From contig NC_045697.1 of the NCBI RefSeq assembly GCF_009834535.1, positions 77,688,001 to 77,752,000 of the forward strand: 64,000 nucleotides of DNA, given 5' to 3'. The stretch comes from Camelus ferus. Lineage: Eukaryota. This document shows, one piece after another, positions 36,565-49,639 of the stretch (position 1 is the stretch's first letter; each line of letters begins with the position of its first letter). The notes below the pieces were generated by a model. That model saw nothing but the letters and a program-made list of their open reading frames with translations. It did no database searches and was not told the DNA's origin. The translations under genes and the position numbers were made by a program.

Positions 36565-37224
36565 TTTAAAATTTTTGAAAAATTTGTTTTATCTTTTCAA
36601 TCGAAGTATAGTCAGTTTACAATGTTGTTTTAATTACTGATGTACAGCAAATTGATTCAATTATACATATATATATGTGTGTGTGTGTATATATATATAT
36701 CCTTTTCATGGTCTTTCTCATTATAGGCTGTTACACAGTATTGAATATAGTTCCCTTGCTATATAGTAGGACCTTGTTGTTTATTTATTTTATATATATA
36801 TAGTAGTTAGTATCTGCAAATCCCAAACTCTCAATTTACCCCTCCCTCCCCTCTTATGATCCTGATAACCACAAGTTTGTCTTCTATGTCTGAGTCTCTT
36901 TCTGTTTTGTAGATAAATTCATTTGTGTAATTTTTTTTAGATTCTGTGTATAAGTGATACTGTATGATATTTTTCTTTCTCTTTGTGGCTTACTTCACTT
37001 ACTGTGACAATCTCTAGGTCCATCCATGTTGCTGCAAATGGTATTATTTTATTCTTTTTTATGTCTAAATAGTATTCCATTGTATAAATATACTACATTT
37101 TCTTTACCCTTTGATCTGTTGATGGACATTTAGGTTGCTTCCATGTCTTGGTATTGTAAATAGTGCTGCTATGAACATTGGGGTGCATGTATCTTTTTGA
37201 ATAAGAGTTTCTTCCAGATATATG
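36565..37224 (-). mobile_element. 5'-truncated L1 with TSD and internal (TA)/(TG) microsatellite
   Basis: 9-bp TSD CAATTTCTT (36556-36564 / 37225-37233); the minus-strand target reads TTTT/AAG, the canonical L1 endonuclease site; 3'UTR similar to 56800-57310. Confidence 0.92.
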
Positions 37225-38513
37225 CAATTTCTTAAAACGTAGTTAAACATACCAAAATACTGTGTACAATAAATAAACTCTCTTTAAGGATGGAAAATGT
37301 TTAAAATATTACTTCCTAGTCACCCCCAAAATTGATATGGATTTGTTTTGTATGCAGTTAATATAATAATATTGGTACCTGCAAGAATTATACAACCACT
37401 TAGCTGACACTTGAGGTTCTTTTCATATGATTCTTTTATTTTGGCAATTTGAAAATAACTGAGACTTTTTATGTGTATTTGTTTTGGTTAAAATATTGTA
37501 TTGAGTTTTGAGGACATGTATATACATTTTGCCTATATAAAAGTTGTCCCTCAAAATGTTATATTGAGAGATACATACTATCATGAGGTTTGGGTATTAA
37601 AGACCAAGAGATGTTCTACCAGGAAAAGAGGAATTGCCTGCATTTCTTTCAGGGCCTTCTCTGGTGGTAGATTGATACCTCTAGGTAGGATTTAAAGACT
37701 CAGAATTTCATGTTCTTATTAGCCATCCTTTAATCTTGTCCCATTCCAACGCCCTTATCATATCAGGACTTAAATACCTTTGTACACTTAGGGGAAAGAG
37801 TTATAAGGAGAAAGTAAACATGTCAAATGCCACCCAGCAGCAGATTTTGAAAGGTTCTCATGTAGAGAAGGGAATTAAAAAAACACAGCCATGAATTCTG
37901 GACACTTGACCTGGCATCATAATGAAGATACTTAAAGCAACTCTAATAGAATTCTTTTTAATTCATTCTGAAGCTCAGAGATATATGAAATGTTCCTTTT
38001 GCTACAGAATCAAACAAACTTGGATTCAAATCCTCCCTCACTACTTACCATCTTTGTGACCTGTTTACGAAGAAAATTGTAAAACTTCATTGAGAAAGAT
38101 TTTAACAAGTTACCAACATAAGAACAGCTTACATGGTTTCAGTTTGTCTTTTAAAGCCATGGCTGTCTTTTACCTGCTTCTGGCATATTAATGAGCTTGA
38201 GGTTAGGTAAAATCTTCCTTTTGACCTCTGCACCGTCTCCACACCTCCCCACAGTCTTTGGCCGAGTCATTACCTGCTGATCAGCTTGTGCGTCAGGCCC
38301 TTGAACCATGGGTGCTCCTTTGTCTTTTCTCCTTTGACCAGGCAGAGTATCCTGACTTTCAGTCCATGGTTCTTCTTGTCCAGATTGTTCATCACTGGGC
38401 TGTTGGGTAAAACAGGTCCAATCAAATTATTTTACTTTTTGAGGCCAAATTTCCCTATGGTAAGAATTGTTGTCTTGAGGGTTTTTTTTTTTTTCTTGGT
38501 GAGACTTAAATGA

Positions 38514-38741
38514 CATACTATTTGTAAAGCATGTAACACAGTGCCTGGCATAAAATAGATCCTCAATATATGAAATCTTAATTCATGTAATAGCTGTTAA
38601 GGAACTACTCTATGCCAAACACTATGCCATACTATTTGTAAAGCATGTAACACAGTGCCTGGCATAAAATAGATCCTCAATATATGAAATCTTAATTCAT
38701 GTAATAGCTGTTAAGGAACTACTCTATGCCAAACACTATGC
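38514..38741. repeat. Perfect 114-bp tandem duplication
   Basis: 38514-38627 is identical base for base to 38628-38741. Confidence 0.97.
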
Positions 38742-39430
38742 TAGGCACTGGAAGTATATCTTGAATAAGAATTAGTCTTCACTCTTAAGAGTCTTATATA
38801 TCCCAACAGGATGTAGAAAAGAAAACTGAGGAGGACAGCATACTGTGATAGATGCTGCCAGATGAAAAATTACAGGTTTTTATGAAAGCATGTAAGAAAG
38901 GTGCAGATTTTAAAACTGGAAGCTCAAGGCTCCCAGACAAAAGGATGCCAAAGCTGAGGCCTGCCAGGTGAGTAGGGATGAGCCAAGGGAAGAGGGGAGG
39001 AGTGCATGGGACTCCCAGTGGACCATGGAGAGATCAGGATGGTTGGAACCAAGAATGGCCCACCAAGGCTAAGGCTAAGAAGGTGAGGATTGAGGCTGGA
39101 GAGGAAAGCAGGAGAGTCATCAGTAAGGCCTTATCATCTGTGAGGGATTTAAAACATTATCCTAAAAGGGATGTGCAGCCATTAAATGTTTGTAATCAGG
39201 GATGGACATCATCTGAAAGGCCTAGGGTTTTAAGAATATATAGTCAATCGTCTCAAATGCTGCAAAATCTGCATCTAATAAGAGGAGAACTAAAAGAAAA
39301 AATTTCTGTGGGCGTTACAAGGAGAACATTAGTGACCTTGGGAAGAGCAGTTTGCGAAAGAGGGTAGAAGCAGAAGCCAGATGATGTTGGGTAGTGATAT
39401 AAATTGGAAATGAGGAAATGGTTACAGATG
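38700..39430 (-). mobile_element. L2 LINE fragment
   Basis: ctactctatgccaaacactatgctaggcactgg...ttagtgaccttgggaagagcagttt...agaagccaga. Confidence 0.65.
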
Positions 39431-39818
39431 TCCTGTAAAATAGATATTCCACATGGGCAGGGAATTTTGTCTACTGTGGTCTTTGTTGAATCTCTACCAC
39501 TTAAAGCAAAACCTCACATGTAGTTTACACTTAGCAAATATTTGCTGAATGAATCAATCAACTATCTATAAAATTTGACTCTGAATAGAAAGACAGATCC
39601 ATACCTAGATGGAGTGAAGGATTGGTAGGGGGTGGGTGGGTTTTATTTGGAGTGCAAAATTGTATTTAAATGCTGGGGAAGAAGTAGAGTGCAAGTCGGT
39701 GGCAGAGGCTGAGAGAGCTTTGTTTGGAGATTTTATTTTCTCTTGAAATGAGACATGAGATTGTCAGTTGAGAATGAAAAGGGAGGAGAAGTGAATGTGA
39801 AATAGTTATGATGAAAAG

Positions 39819-39951
39819 TGGTGTGAGGTGATATCTCATTGTGGTTTTGATATGCAATGAAATGTTACTTAAAATACTTGCTGGACCTCTAGACCTCTAT
39901 TAGAATGGGAAAGAAAGAAAGAGAGAAAGAGAGAAAGAGAGAAAGAGAGGA

Positions 39952-40022
<71 letters not shown>

Positions 40023-40755
40023 GAAGGAAGGAAGGAAGGAAGGAAGGAAGGAAGGAAGGAAGGAAGGAAGAAAGAAAAAGAAAGAAAGAAAAAACTGAAA
40101 ACATCTAATGCTGGTGAGGATGTGGGACAATGGGTACTCTCATTCATTGCTGGTGGAAATGCAAAATGGTACAGCCACATTGGAAGACAGTATGACAATT
40201 TCTCACAAAATGAAACATACTTTTACCATATGATCAGCAATTGTACTCCTTGGTATTTACCCGAAGGAGCTGAAAACCTATGTCCACACAAATGCCTGCA
40301 TATGGATATTTTATTCATAATTACCCAAACTTGGAAGCAACCAAGACGTCCTTCAGTAGGTGAGTAGATAAATAAACTGTGGTCCATCCAGGCAGTCGAA
40401 TATTCTGCAGTACTAACTAAAATGAAATGAGTCATCATGCCATGAAAAGACATGGAATAACCTAAAATGTATATTACTAAATGAAAGGAGCCAATCTAAA
40501 AAAGGCTACATACTGTTTGATTCCAACTATATGACATTCTGAAAAGGGCAAAACTATGGAGACAGTAAAAAGATAAGTGGTGGGAATGGGCTAAGGGAGG
40601 AAAGAATAGGTGGAGCACAGGGGACTTTTAGGGCAGTGAAACTATTCTGTTTGATACAATAATGATGAACACATGTCATTCTACATTTGTCAAAGCCCAC
40701 AGAATGTTCAACACCAAGAATGAACCCTAATGTAAGCTATGGACTTTGGGTAATT
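39819..40755 (+). mobile_element. L1MC-like 3' fragment with a short inverted 5' piece
   Basis: Sense L1 ORF2 C-terminus and 3'UTR from ~39893 (aatgctggtgaggatgtggga...tgattccaactatatgacattctg); antisense piece 39819-39857 encodes [13 protein letters not shown]. Confidence 0.8.
39909..40092. repeat. Compound (GAAA)n(GGAA)n microsatellite
   Basis: Read directly; about 180 bp purine-only tract. Confidence 0.97.
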
Positions 40756-43429
40756 AAAAAATGCATGATATATATTGAAAAAAATACATGATTAAGAAAA
40801 CAGGAATACATCCATAACATCCTACATTAAAAAAGGAGTTCTCAGGGCTGCCAACCTTATAGCAGAGGTTGAGTAATAGTATGTTTCTCCTACATAAAAG
40901 AAAAAGAAGAAAAAAGAAAAAAAAAGTCAGTCTCATTGGGACTATGGGACTATTTGTGTGCCTCCAATTCTCTAGAGACCTATGTAATGGAGTCAAACAC
41001 CTTGGGCCTTGCAGTCCTCTGCACACGCAAAGGAACACTGGGTTATTTACAAGTGATTTGTTTGGCTGATACTTAGCCAAACTTAGCATCAGTATAGGGT
41101 CCTGGAGGGAGACTGGGGGACTGGCTGGCACTGGGGGAAGAGCCAATCTCATTTGCTAACTCTGCATATTAAACACATCCATGCAGATCAAAGACAGAAG
41201 ACAAGACTAGAATAAGAGTGAAGAAAAATCAGGCATTTGACACTAAAAAGATTACTTTTTTGAAAAAGAGTCCCAAAATTTGCAACTGGAATTGATGCCA
41301 TTGAATATTTACATCTTTTAAATTTCTTTCCCTGTGAAATCTAGGAAGCTTCTTTTTTGCCTCTCCGGCTATACCATTTTCCCCCCTCCCTCTTTTTCTC
41401 TTTCTTTTTGCACCTCAGCAACCCTGTTTAGGCAGTTTGCATTGGAATCTTCAGCCCTGCCATGACATCTAACAACGCCAATGGCCTGTTTGTTATTTCC
41501 ACTTGGCTGGACCTGCTCTCTCCTCAAAATAACTTGTTTCAAGACTCCCTCCTCTTAATAACACAATCAAAACTATGTCTGATTCTTCTTCCAACTTCTC
41601 CAGTATATTGATTGATTTCTCTTTACATACTTTTGGGATGTACAAGGAAATTCATTTTTCAATTTTTTAAATTAACCTGGTTCAAAATATTAGATGCTTC
41701 CATTACTTTCACTTCATTTGATCAATCAGTCAAAAAATCATTTTACTTTCTTAGCATGTGGCTTGACCCAATTTTCTTTACATTCACATTGCTCTGCCCC
41801 CGTTCCTGTCCTCAGTACCTAATATGTGGACTAATGTCATTTCCCCCCACTCCATACTCTATTACAAGATATTGCTTTCATAATACTGTTCATTGGCCAA
41901 AGAATTTCAACAAATCCCTTATGCCAATTGTACAAACAAAGCTCCTGGCATTCAAGGATGGCCAATATGTATTTACATCCTGTTTATTCAACCCACACCC
42001 ACCACCCTGCTGTACCTGTACTGTCAAGGACTGTTGGAGAAGCACATGGATTGGCACCAGCACAAACTCATTATCTCTATCCAATCTCATGAGATTTCCG
42101 TACCAATGTCAACATTCAGCTTTCTCTGCTCTGCTCCTTGACGGCTATTCTAAATTTCCTCAAGCATTAACCCAACACTCTCATTCTCAGGAGGTCATTT
42201 GTTTGCTCTAGAAAACTGAGAAGCTAGATAAGATTTTAAGATTTTTCATAACTATCTTCTCATATTCTTAGAAACTTACTGGCATTCATTGTTAGCAACT
42301 TGAACCTAGTATTCTGAAAACTGTTCAGTGGCACGTTTTGTGCTCTGACTCTATTCCATTGGCCTCTGGGCACTTGCTTTATTAGTCAGTTCCCCTCTCT
42401 TCAATCTCTCTCTTTTCCCATTGGTTTTCTTCTCTTCAGCATAAAAAATAAGCAAGCATTCATATGTTTGCCATAAAAAACTTAAGATAAATTTAAGGTG
42501 CTCTGTAAACTTGATGGAAGTATAATTAGGTTTAGAAATAATATGCAGATATTTATGCTGGCAGCTATAATCAGAATTAATTTAGGAATAAGTATATCAC
42601 AAAGTTTAGAATCTATAAATGTGGTACAAATTTTTTCAAGACTCATTCTTTCCTTGTGTTTAAGAAGAGAAATTTGGGATGACTTAGAACAGTCAGCATG
42701 TCTAGCTATGAACTACCTATTATCAAGAGATCTACACAAGCCAGTAGACATCTGCACATCTTCAGCATGGAGAGGTGGGTTTTTAATGATCATTTGGAAG
42801 AGAGGTGGTGGCTATAACAGCAATAACTTACCAAAAAGAGTCTCTCCCAGGGAATTTTTTCCTGATCTTTTGCAGTATCCTCCTCTAAGTCTTACTAAGG
42901 TGTCTACAGGGCAAGACTGTGTACCTGCTAGCAGGTTTTCTTGGAAAAGTACAAGGTACAGCTATTCTCCCAGAAGCAGACACAACGGGAGCAAAGACAA
43001 AGATCTTCTTACACATCACTAGCCCAGTTCTTTGAGTCCAAATATCTTTGCTAGATTGTAACTTCTATAGAACAGCATATATTTTATTACCATTACTGTG
43101 CCTACATTGCATGCTAGGTGCTCAATAAAACTTACGTAAAACTTAAAAAAATCTTTACAAAAGAAATATATATTAGAAAATATATAGAATTATAAATAAG
43201 CGAAAAGCAGAAGACTTTAAAATTATCCATATATTCCCTTCCAGAGATAATTTCTATCAACATTTGTCATATATCTAAGCCTATGTGACTATGCACTCCT
43301 TGCAAAATGGAAACTTCAGTTACGAGGTAAAGTTAAGGTCCTCTTTGACCACCATGGATTGTTCTATTCTCCCTCCTCTTCAGAGATAGCCACTATAATC
43401 AGTTTGGTTTATATCCTATTTGCAACTTC

Positions 43430-44190
43430 GTATTCAGTCTACTAGCAAATCTGGTCATCTGTGCCTACAAAATATGTTTCAAATTGAATTGTTTCCCCCC
43501 TCCAATTCTACCACCTTGGTCTAAATCCCCATCTTCATTCTCTGGATTCCTGGAATAATCTCCTACCTGGTTTCCTTGCTTTGAAGTTTATCCCCCCTTA
43601 TCTAATTTCCACATAGCAACCAGGATGATCAGTTCAACTATAAATCAAATCATGCCACCCTTCCATACACAGCCCTCCCAGTGTCTTCCCTCCTCACACA
43701 GAATAAAATGATGATCAGACCCTACAGAATCTGGTCGCTGGGTAATTTTCTGATTTCATTTAGCTACTCTTCCCTTCACCTCCTGTGCTCTGGCCACACA
43801 GGCTTCCCTGCTGTTCACTGTGCATGCCAAGCGTATGCTACCTCTGCTTTTGCACTTACTCCTCTCTGCCCAGAAAACTCTTCCTTTAGATATTCTACAA
43901 GGTTCATTCCCTCACCTGTTCACACCTTTGCTTAAACTTCACCTTCTCTGAGTGTCCTTCCTTGACCACCCTGTCCATAATTGTACCCTCTGCTTCTATT
44001 TATTCTCCTGTTTATTTTTCTCTACAGCACTTTTCACCATAGCACATTACCTTTTGTTTTTATTTGTCTATTGTTTGTCTTCCCCCACCTGAACTGTTTT
44101 TGTTCACTGCATATCACTAGCGTGTAAAACAGTGCCTGACATAGAGTACACCCTCAATATATATTGACTGAATGCATTAATTAATGACTG
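43430..44190 (+). mobile_element. L2 LINE 3' end
   Basis: ctcctacctggtttccttgct...ccacatagcaaccaggatgatc...aacagtgcctgacatagagtacaccctcaatatatattgactgaatg. Confidence 0.8.
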
Positions 44191-44264
44191 TGGCTGTGTA
44201 TTCACTCATTTTTAATGGCAATCTTTTTTTTTTTCATTTCTAGGATTTGGTCCTTTGTCACATA

Positions 44265-44715
44265 TCTTTTGCTCCAATAATGCTTTGTAACAAACACCCA
44301 GAAACCTCAGTGGCCACCAAAGTAAACATTTCCTCCTCGTGCTTCTCTGCAGTTCAGTGGATCGAGGCTGGGCTTAGTTGATCTAGGCTGCTCTTGCTCA
44401 AGGGTCTGCATATTGGCTCTGCTCCTTACATCTCTCAGTTCTTTTCCTGGGACCTGTGGAAAGTGTGGGCATGTCTTTTTCATGGTGATGGCAGAGGTGC
44501 AAGAGAAAGAATGTCCCAATGACACACCCACTTCAAGCCTCTACTTGCATTAAGTCCACTCACATTCCATTGGCTAGAGCAAGTCACATGGTGGAGACCA
44601 GGGTCAGGGGTGGTCGCTTTGCTCATGGGTGGAAGGGCACAGCAAAGTTAGATGCAAAGGCATGCTATAGGCAGGGGTGATGAGTTAGAGCCATCTATCT
44701 GTGCAGCCTCCCACA
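44265..44715 (-). mobile_element. Ancient MaLR LTR (MLT1-like)
   Basis: aataatgctttgtaacaaacacccagaaacctcagtggc...cacattccattggctagagcaagtcacatgg. Confidence 0.7.
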
Positions 44716-46348
44716 GGGGCTGAGGGAAGGACTGCAGAGTGTACTGCTGAAAAGTAAACTTTAGCTTTCAGCTAACATTTTGACATTATGCCCCAAATAA
44801 TTACGTAATTGGTTGATATCCATGAGAATGCGAGAAAGCACGCCTAATGCACCTTGAGGATAAGAGAACACTCTTAAATCTTACGAACAGAAATAAGTTT
44901 GTAAACTTCAATACTAAGTAAACACAATTAAGATAAGTTAAATGTGTATTTGGGTTCACTGGGGAAGAAGTGCTCATTTTCAAATAGGAAGGTACGAGAG
45001 CTTTACCTTGGTGAGGAAAAAAAACTCAAGGTTCGTGTTAGAGAGTACCTAAAGTCAATGGAGTGATCATTTGCTTGGATTAAAATCTCCTACCCTCAGT
45101 AGAGTTTATTTTTGGTGTAATTACTTTGGTAAATGTTTGAAAGTACTTTTCAAATTTTAATTGAATATGTATAGTTTAAACTTTGCTGAAAAGTCAATGA
45201 ATGAAAGTGTGTAGTGAAGGGTGCACGATATTTTTGATGTGCTTTATTAAATTAGCTCAAATATTTTCCCTTTGCTCCTGATTATGGACAATATGCATAG
45301 TATCTTTAATATTTTAGTCAATTTCTTGTGTAGGAATAAAATAATTATTTGTGGTTTGTGGCTTTAGTTATCACCACTTTTAATTTGATCCTTCCTGGAA
45401 AAACCCAACTTAAAACTGTCTTGTGCAAGGCAAAAGATATTATTTTTCAACAAAGAAATTTCTGGTTTTGTCAGCCATTATTTCATAACATTTCTGGTGA
45501 TTCAGATTATATCTGTCTGATATGTTTTTGAGAAAGAAAGGTGATGTAGTTCTGTTCTTAACTAGATTGTAAAGGTATTTGCCGCTGAATTTTTTGCTTC
45601 TTGAATTTTTTGGTCACAATTCAGTAATATGTGTTTCCTAAGCACGTTGTTATTTACCTAAAAAGAGGCAGAGCGTAATCTTGAATCTTATCATTGAATA
45701 CAATTTACAAGTACTTTGAACGTGATGACATATATTTGAAATTTAACTTTTATTAATTTTACATCAAGTATATAGATAAACTCTAGATAGAATGATTTCA
45801 CAATCATATTTACATAAAAACTCATAAGGGTCATGAAGACAAAATAAACGAGTTCTTACACTTATAAGAATAGTTCATTGCCTTAGAGACATATGCCTGT
45901 ATTTCTCATTCTATGAAACGATACAATGTTTCTATTAATTTTTCTCCTTTATTCAAAATTACCTTTGCTGAACTGTATTCAGATTAAAGTTTCTTCATAA
46001 ATTTCCTGGCATTTCTGGCATTTTGCTATATTTATTACATTCTATTTTACATGCCATGACTGGATATACATACCTAAACACTTTAAACTGCTTGAAATTG
46101 TCTGCACAATTTCTTGTAGTATTATTAATGTCAAGAAAATTTTATTGGATAAAATGTCTGAGTAGGATATGGCTAGATGGGGATCCCAAAATAAAAGTAT
46201 CAGTATGTATACATTTTTCCTGGAGTTTTAACATTAAACATATCTAAGAGCTAATTTAAGAAAATTGCACTCCCTCATTTTCAAAGTTTTACGTTTTTCT
46301 TCTCTATCATCATATGAAAAAAAGAAAAAAGACATACGTGTAGATTAG

Positions 46349-46917
46349 TGTACCAGTCAGGGTTCCATACATGTTGCATATGTATGTGTACGTGTATGAT
46401 TTGACTTTACACAGTTGTAAAGCAGTGTCTCTGAGGCTGTCTGCTGTCTTCCTGTCTGATGTGAGAATTGTGAAGCCCAGGGGCCAGGCGGTGGGAAAGA
46501 GAAGATGAAAACGAAGGAAGGAGAAGCAAGGACAAGCTGGAACCCATGAGCATGAGCTGGAGTCTGTGAGAATGGGTTGAAACCTGTGTGAGATTCTGAG
46601 CAGAAGCTTGGGTTCCTTCTTATGTTGCTAAACACACACCTACCCAGCCCACACATCAGAGAAGTTTCAGAAGGATCACAGGGAAGGTGGAGAAGTTGCA
46701 GGCCTGCCTGGATCTCACTCCAACAAGGTGACCTAGTGGATCAGTGAGGATGCATGGGAGCTGCAAAATGACTACTGCTTCACTTCTGCCCTCCAACCCC
46801 ACCCCTCATCCCCACCCCGGAATCTCTGGTGACTCCCCTAACCAAAACAGATAGACACATGAATTCTGGGAATGTTGTTCAGATTAATCAAGGTGACCCA
46901 TGACAAAGCCAACTCCA
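46349..46917 (-). mobile_element. ERVL-type LTR (MLT2-like)
   Basis: tgtaccagtcagggttcc...gaattctgggaatgttgttcagattaatcaaggtgacccat. Confidence 0.6.
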
Positions 46918-47049
46918 GTCATGAATAACATAGCCATTCATTCAATCGTTCAGCAGTCTGAAATCTAAAACTTCAAGATTGGCGTTGCAGGTACTTGGGG
47001 CTTCCCTAGCATCCATCTGGCCATTCCTCTAAGGATAGTTCTGTTAATT

Positions 47050-47240
47050 TCTCTCTCTCTCTCTCTCTCTCTATACACACACACACACACACATATATTA
47101 CACAAATATACATAAAATACATATATAAACTTTGACATGATTTATAAAATTATATAGCTATAATTTATAGATAAAATTATATATGTATAATTTTATAACA
47201 CAAATTTATATATATATGTACATGTGTATATACATATAAT
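47050..47240. repeat. (CT)n(AC)n microsatellite followed by AT-rich low-complexity tract
   Basis: Read directly from the sequence. Confidence 0.9.
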
Positions 47241-47602
47241 AAATGGGCTAAATTCAGGGTAAATTTTACTTATACTTTCTTTTACTTATATTTTATTACA
47301 AGTGCGATGTTTTATACTTGGATGCTATAGTTAGTCCCTTTCTGATCATCATCACCATTCTTAGTGAGAATCTTGGCCCAGGTGGCAAGTGACTTGCCCT
47401 CTTCTCTTTAGCCTGGACATACTGGGTTTCAGCCCTTCTGCATCCATAATTAGACTCTTTAGTTTAGATGAGTCAGGAAGCTTGAGACTGAAAAAGGCCC
47501 TCTCAAATTCATCTCTTATGATTCATACACTGAAGTAATTCTTATTTATGTTAGGTTTGGGCATTTGAATTTCTTGCTTCTTCCATGTTCGTCAATTTTG
47601 TG

Positions 47603-48480
47603 GTATATTGGTTTACTATGTTTCATAACAAATTACCACAAATTTAGCAGCTTAAAACACTTATTTATTATCTACAGCATGATGTGGCTAGATTCTCTGC
47701 TCAGGATTTCATAAGGCTGAAACCAAAGTGCTGGCAGGGCTGCATTCTTCTCTGGAAGTTCTGGGGAAGAATCTGCTGCCAAGCTTATTCAAGATGTTGA
47801 CGGAATATAGTTCCTTCTCACACTTTCCATGTGGCCCCCTGCACTTTCAAGCAGGCAACTAGATGTGGAATCCTCATACTTTTATTCTGTGTTAGTTTCC
47901 TTGGAACTGTCGTAACAGATTACCACAAATTGAGTGGCTTGGAACAATAGAATTTATTCTCTCACTGTTCTGGTTTCCAGAAGTCTTAAATCAAGGTTTT
48001 AATAGGTCCATGCTCCCTCTGAAACTCTAGGGATGTGACCTTTCTTGCCTTTTCCTAGCTTCTAGTGGCTCCTGGTAATCCTTGTCATCCCTTGGCTTGC
48101 AGCCACATCTCTCCAATCTCTCTGTCATCACAAGGCTTTCTTCTCTCTGTCTCTGCATCCAAATCTCTCTCTCCTTCATCTCATAAAGACATCAGTCATT
48201 GGATTTAGGGCTCACCCTACTCCAACATGACCTCATCAGAACTCCTAAGAATAACAGACTCACTTTATATCTGCAAAGACTCTATTTCCAAATACGACCA
48301 CGTTTATAGGTACTGGGGGCTAGAACCTGAACATATTTGGGGGGAGGTGGGGGGGGCACAATTCAAATCACTGTGGAACCTTTCTGCCTTTCTCTCCTGC
48401 CACTAGCTAGAGAAAGTCTCTGCTTTTAAGCGCTTGTGTGATTAGACCAGACAATGTGGATAATCTCCCTGTTATGGGCT
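47603..48480 (-). mobile_element. Nested MaLR LTRs (an MLT1 inserted at ~47888-48372 within another MLT1)
   Basis: Two successive MLT1 starts (aacaaattaccacaaatttagcagcttaaa at ~47628; aacagattaccacaaattgagtggctt at ~47914); the outer element resumes at ~48376. Confidence 0.75.
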
Positions 48481-48545
48481 GAATCCACTTACTTCTGCAC
48501 CCACTGGTTAAAGGTTTCCCCACAGGGTTTAACTCCCTTGCACTT

Positions 48546-48955
48546 ATTGACTGAAAGAAAAAAACACAACATAAAAATTGAGTTGTTTTATTCAGGGACC
48601 TTACTGAGAACTGTAGCCCAGAAAACAGCTTCTCAGTAGCTCTGAGGGGACTTCTCTGAAGAGGTAGGGAAGGATCCATTATATATATGATTTTTTTTTT
48701 TGGCTGGGAAATACATGTAGGCAAGCATACATCTTGGTAAAAGATTACTACTAATCACAAAAAGCAGGTATCTCAAGTTAATGACTTTAGTGCTTTTCTA
48801 TGGGGAGATGCAAGAACCTGGAGTCACTGAAATTCTTCCTTAGATACTCATCTTAACTATCCAGGGGACCATATATCCCAAACTGCAGTAGGCTGAGACT
48901 CAACCATTTATGTAACTGGACGATGAGAGACACTCTTTGTTCTTTTTGTCTATAG
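48546..48955 (-). mobile_element. ERV1-like solo LTR
   Basis: tattgactgaaagaaaaaaacacaac...ttttattcagggaccttactgagaactgtagccc; minus-strand AATAAA near 48587; far end approximate. Confidence 0.7.
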
Positions 48956-48998
48956 TACATGTACTGGTAGGTTCCTACAGCATCTCTCATTGTGACAC

Positions 48999-49624
48999 TG
49001 ATGCAAGAAAACATATGTGGGGTGTGAGAAGGGCTGTGTCCCAGGTCTCACTTGAGCCCCTGGGACGTGCCGCACCAAGTGTGGGTCCTTGGCTTCACGC
49101 AGGAAAGAATTCAAGAGTGAGCCACAGTTGAGTGAAGGTAGATTTATTCAGAGATACAATGAAAGGCAAGAGAAAGGCCACAAGGTGTGGGGGTTGGGTG
49201 CTCAGATTAAAAGTAGGTACACACTCCATAGACATAACATGGGCTGACTCCAAAGAGGGAGAGGGAGGGGTGGCTGCGAGGTGCTGTGTTGTGGGTTTTT
49301 ATGTGCTTGGTGGCTTCATATGCTAATAAGTGGAAGGACCAGTCTCAGCAGCCTGGGGATGGGGCAGGGATTCCCAGGAAGGTGGCCATTTCCCACTCTT
49401 TGACTTTTGTGGCTAGCCTTGGGACTGCCATGGTGCCTGTGGGTGTGTTATTCACCATGTTAATGTATTACAATGGGCATATAATGAAGCTCAAGATCTA
49501 CTAGAAGTTAAATCTCTCATCATCCAGAGCCTCAAGGCCTACGGGGGGTTGACTCTTCCACCATTTTGATGTTAATTGCTGTGGCATTCCTTGAGTGGCT
49601 GTGCCCTGCCCCTTTACTGTCTCA
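48999..49624 (-). mobile_element. ERV1 solo LTR (MER51/MER61-like), 626 bp
   Basis: TG...CA ends with 4-bp TSD ACAC (48995-48998 / 49625-49628); homologous to 12798-13411. Confidence 0.92.
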
Positions 49625-49639
49625 ACACCAGAGAAGCTA

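Noticed and set aside
39869..40198. K/E/R-rich and F/L/S-rich ORFs
   Set aside because: Translations of the (GAAA)n(GGAA)n microsatellite.
41612..43022. 199-aa and 174-aa ORFs
   Set aside because: Non-ATG starts, partial overlap with decayed L2-like sequence, no recognisable domain or exon structure; consistent with chance.
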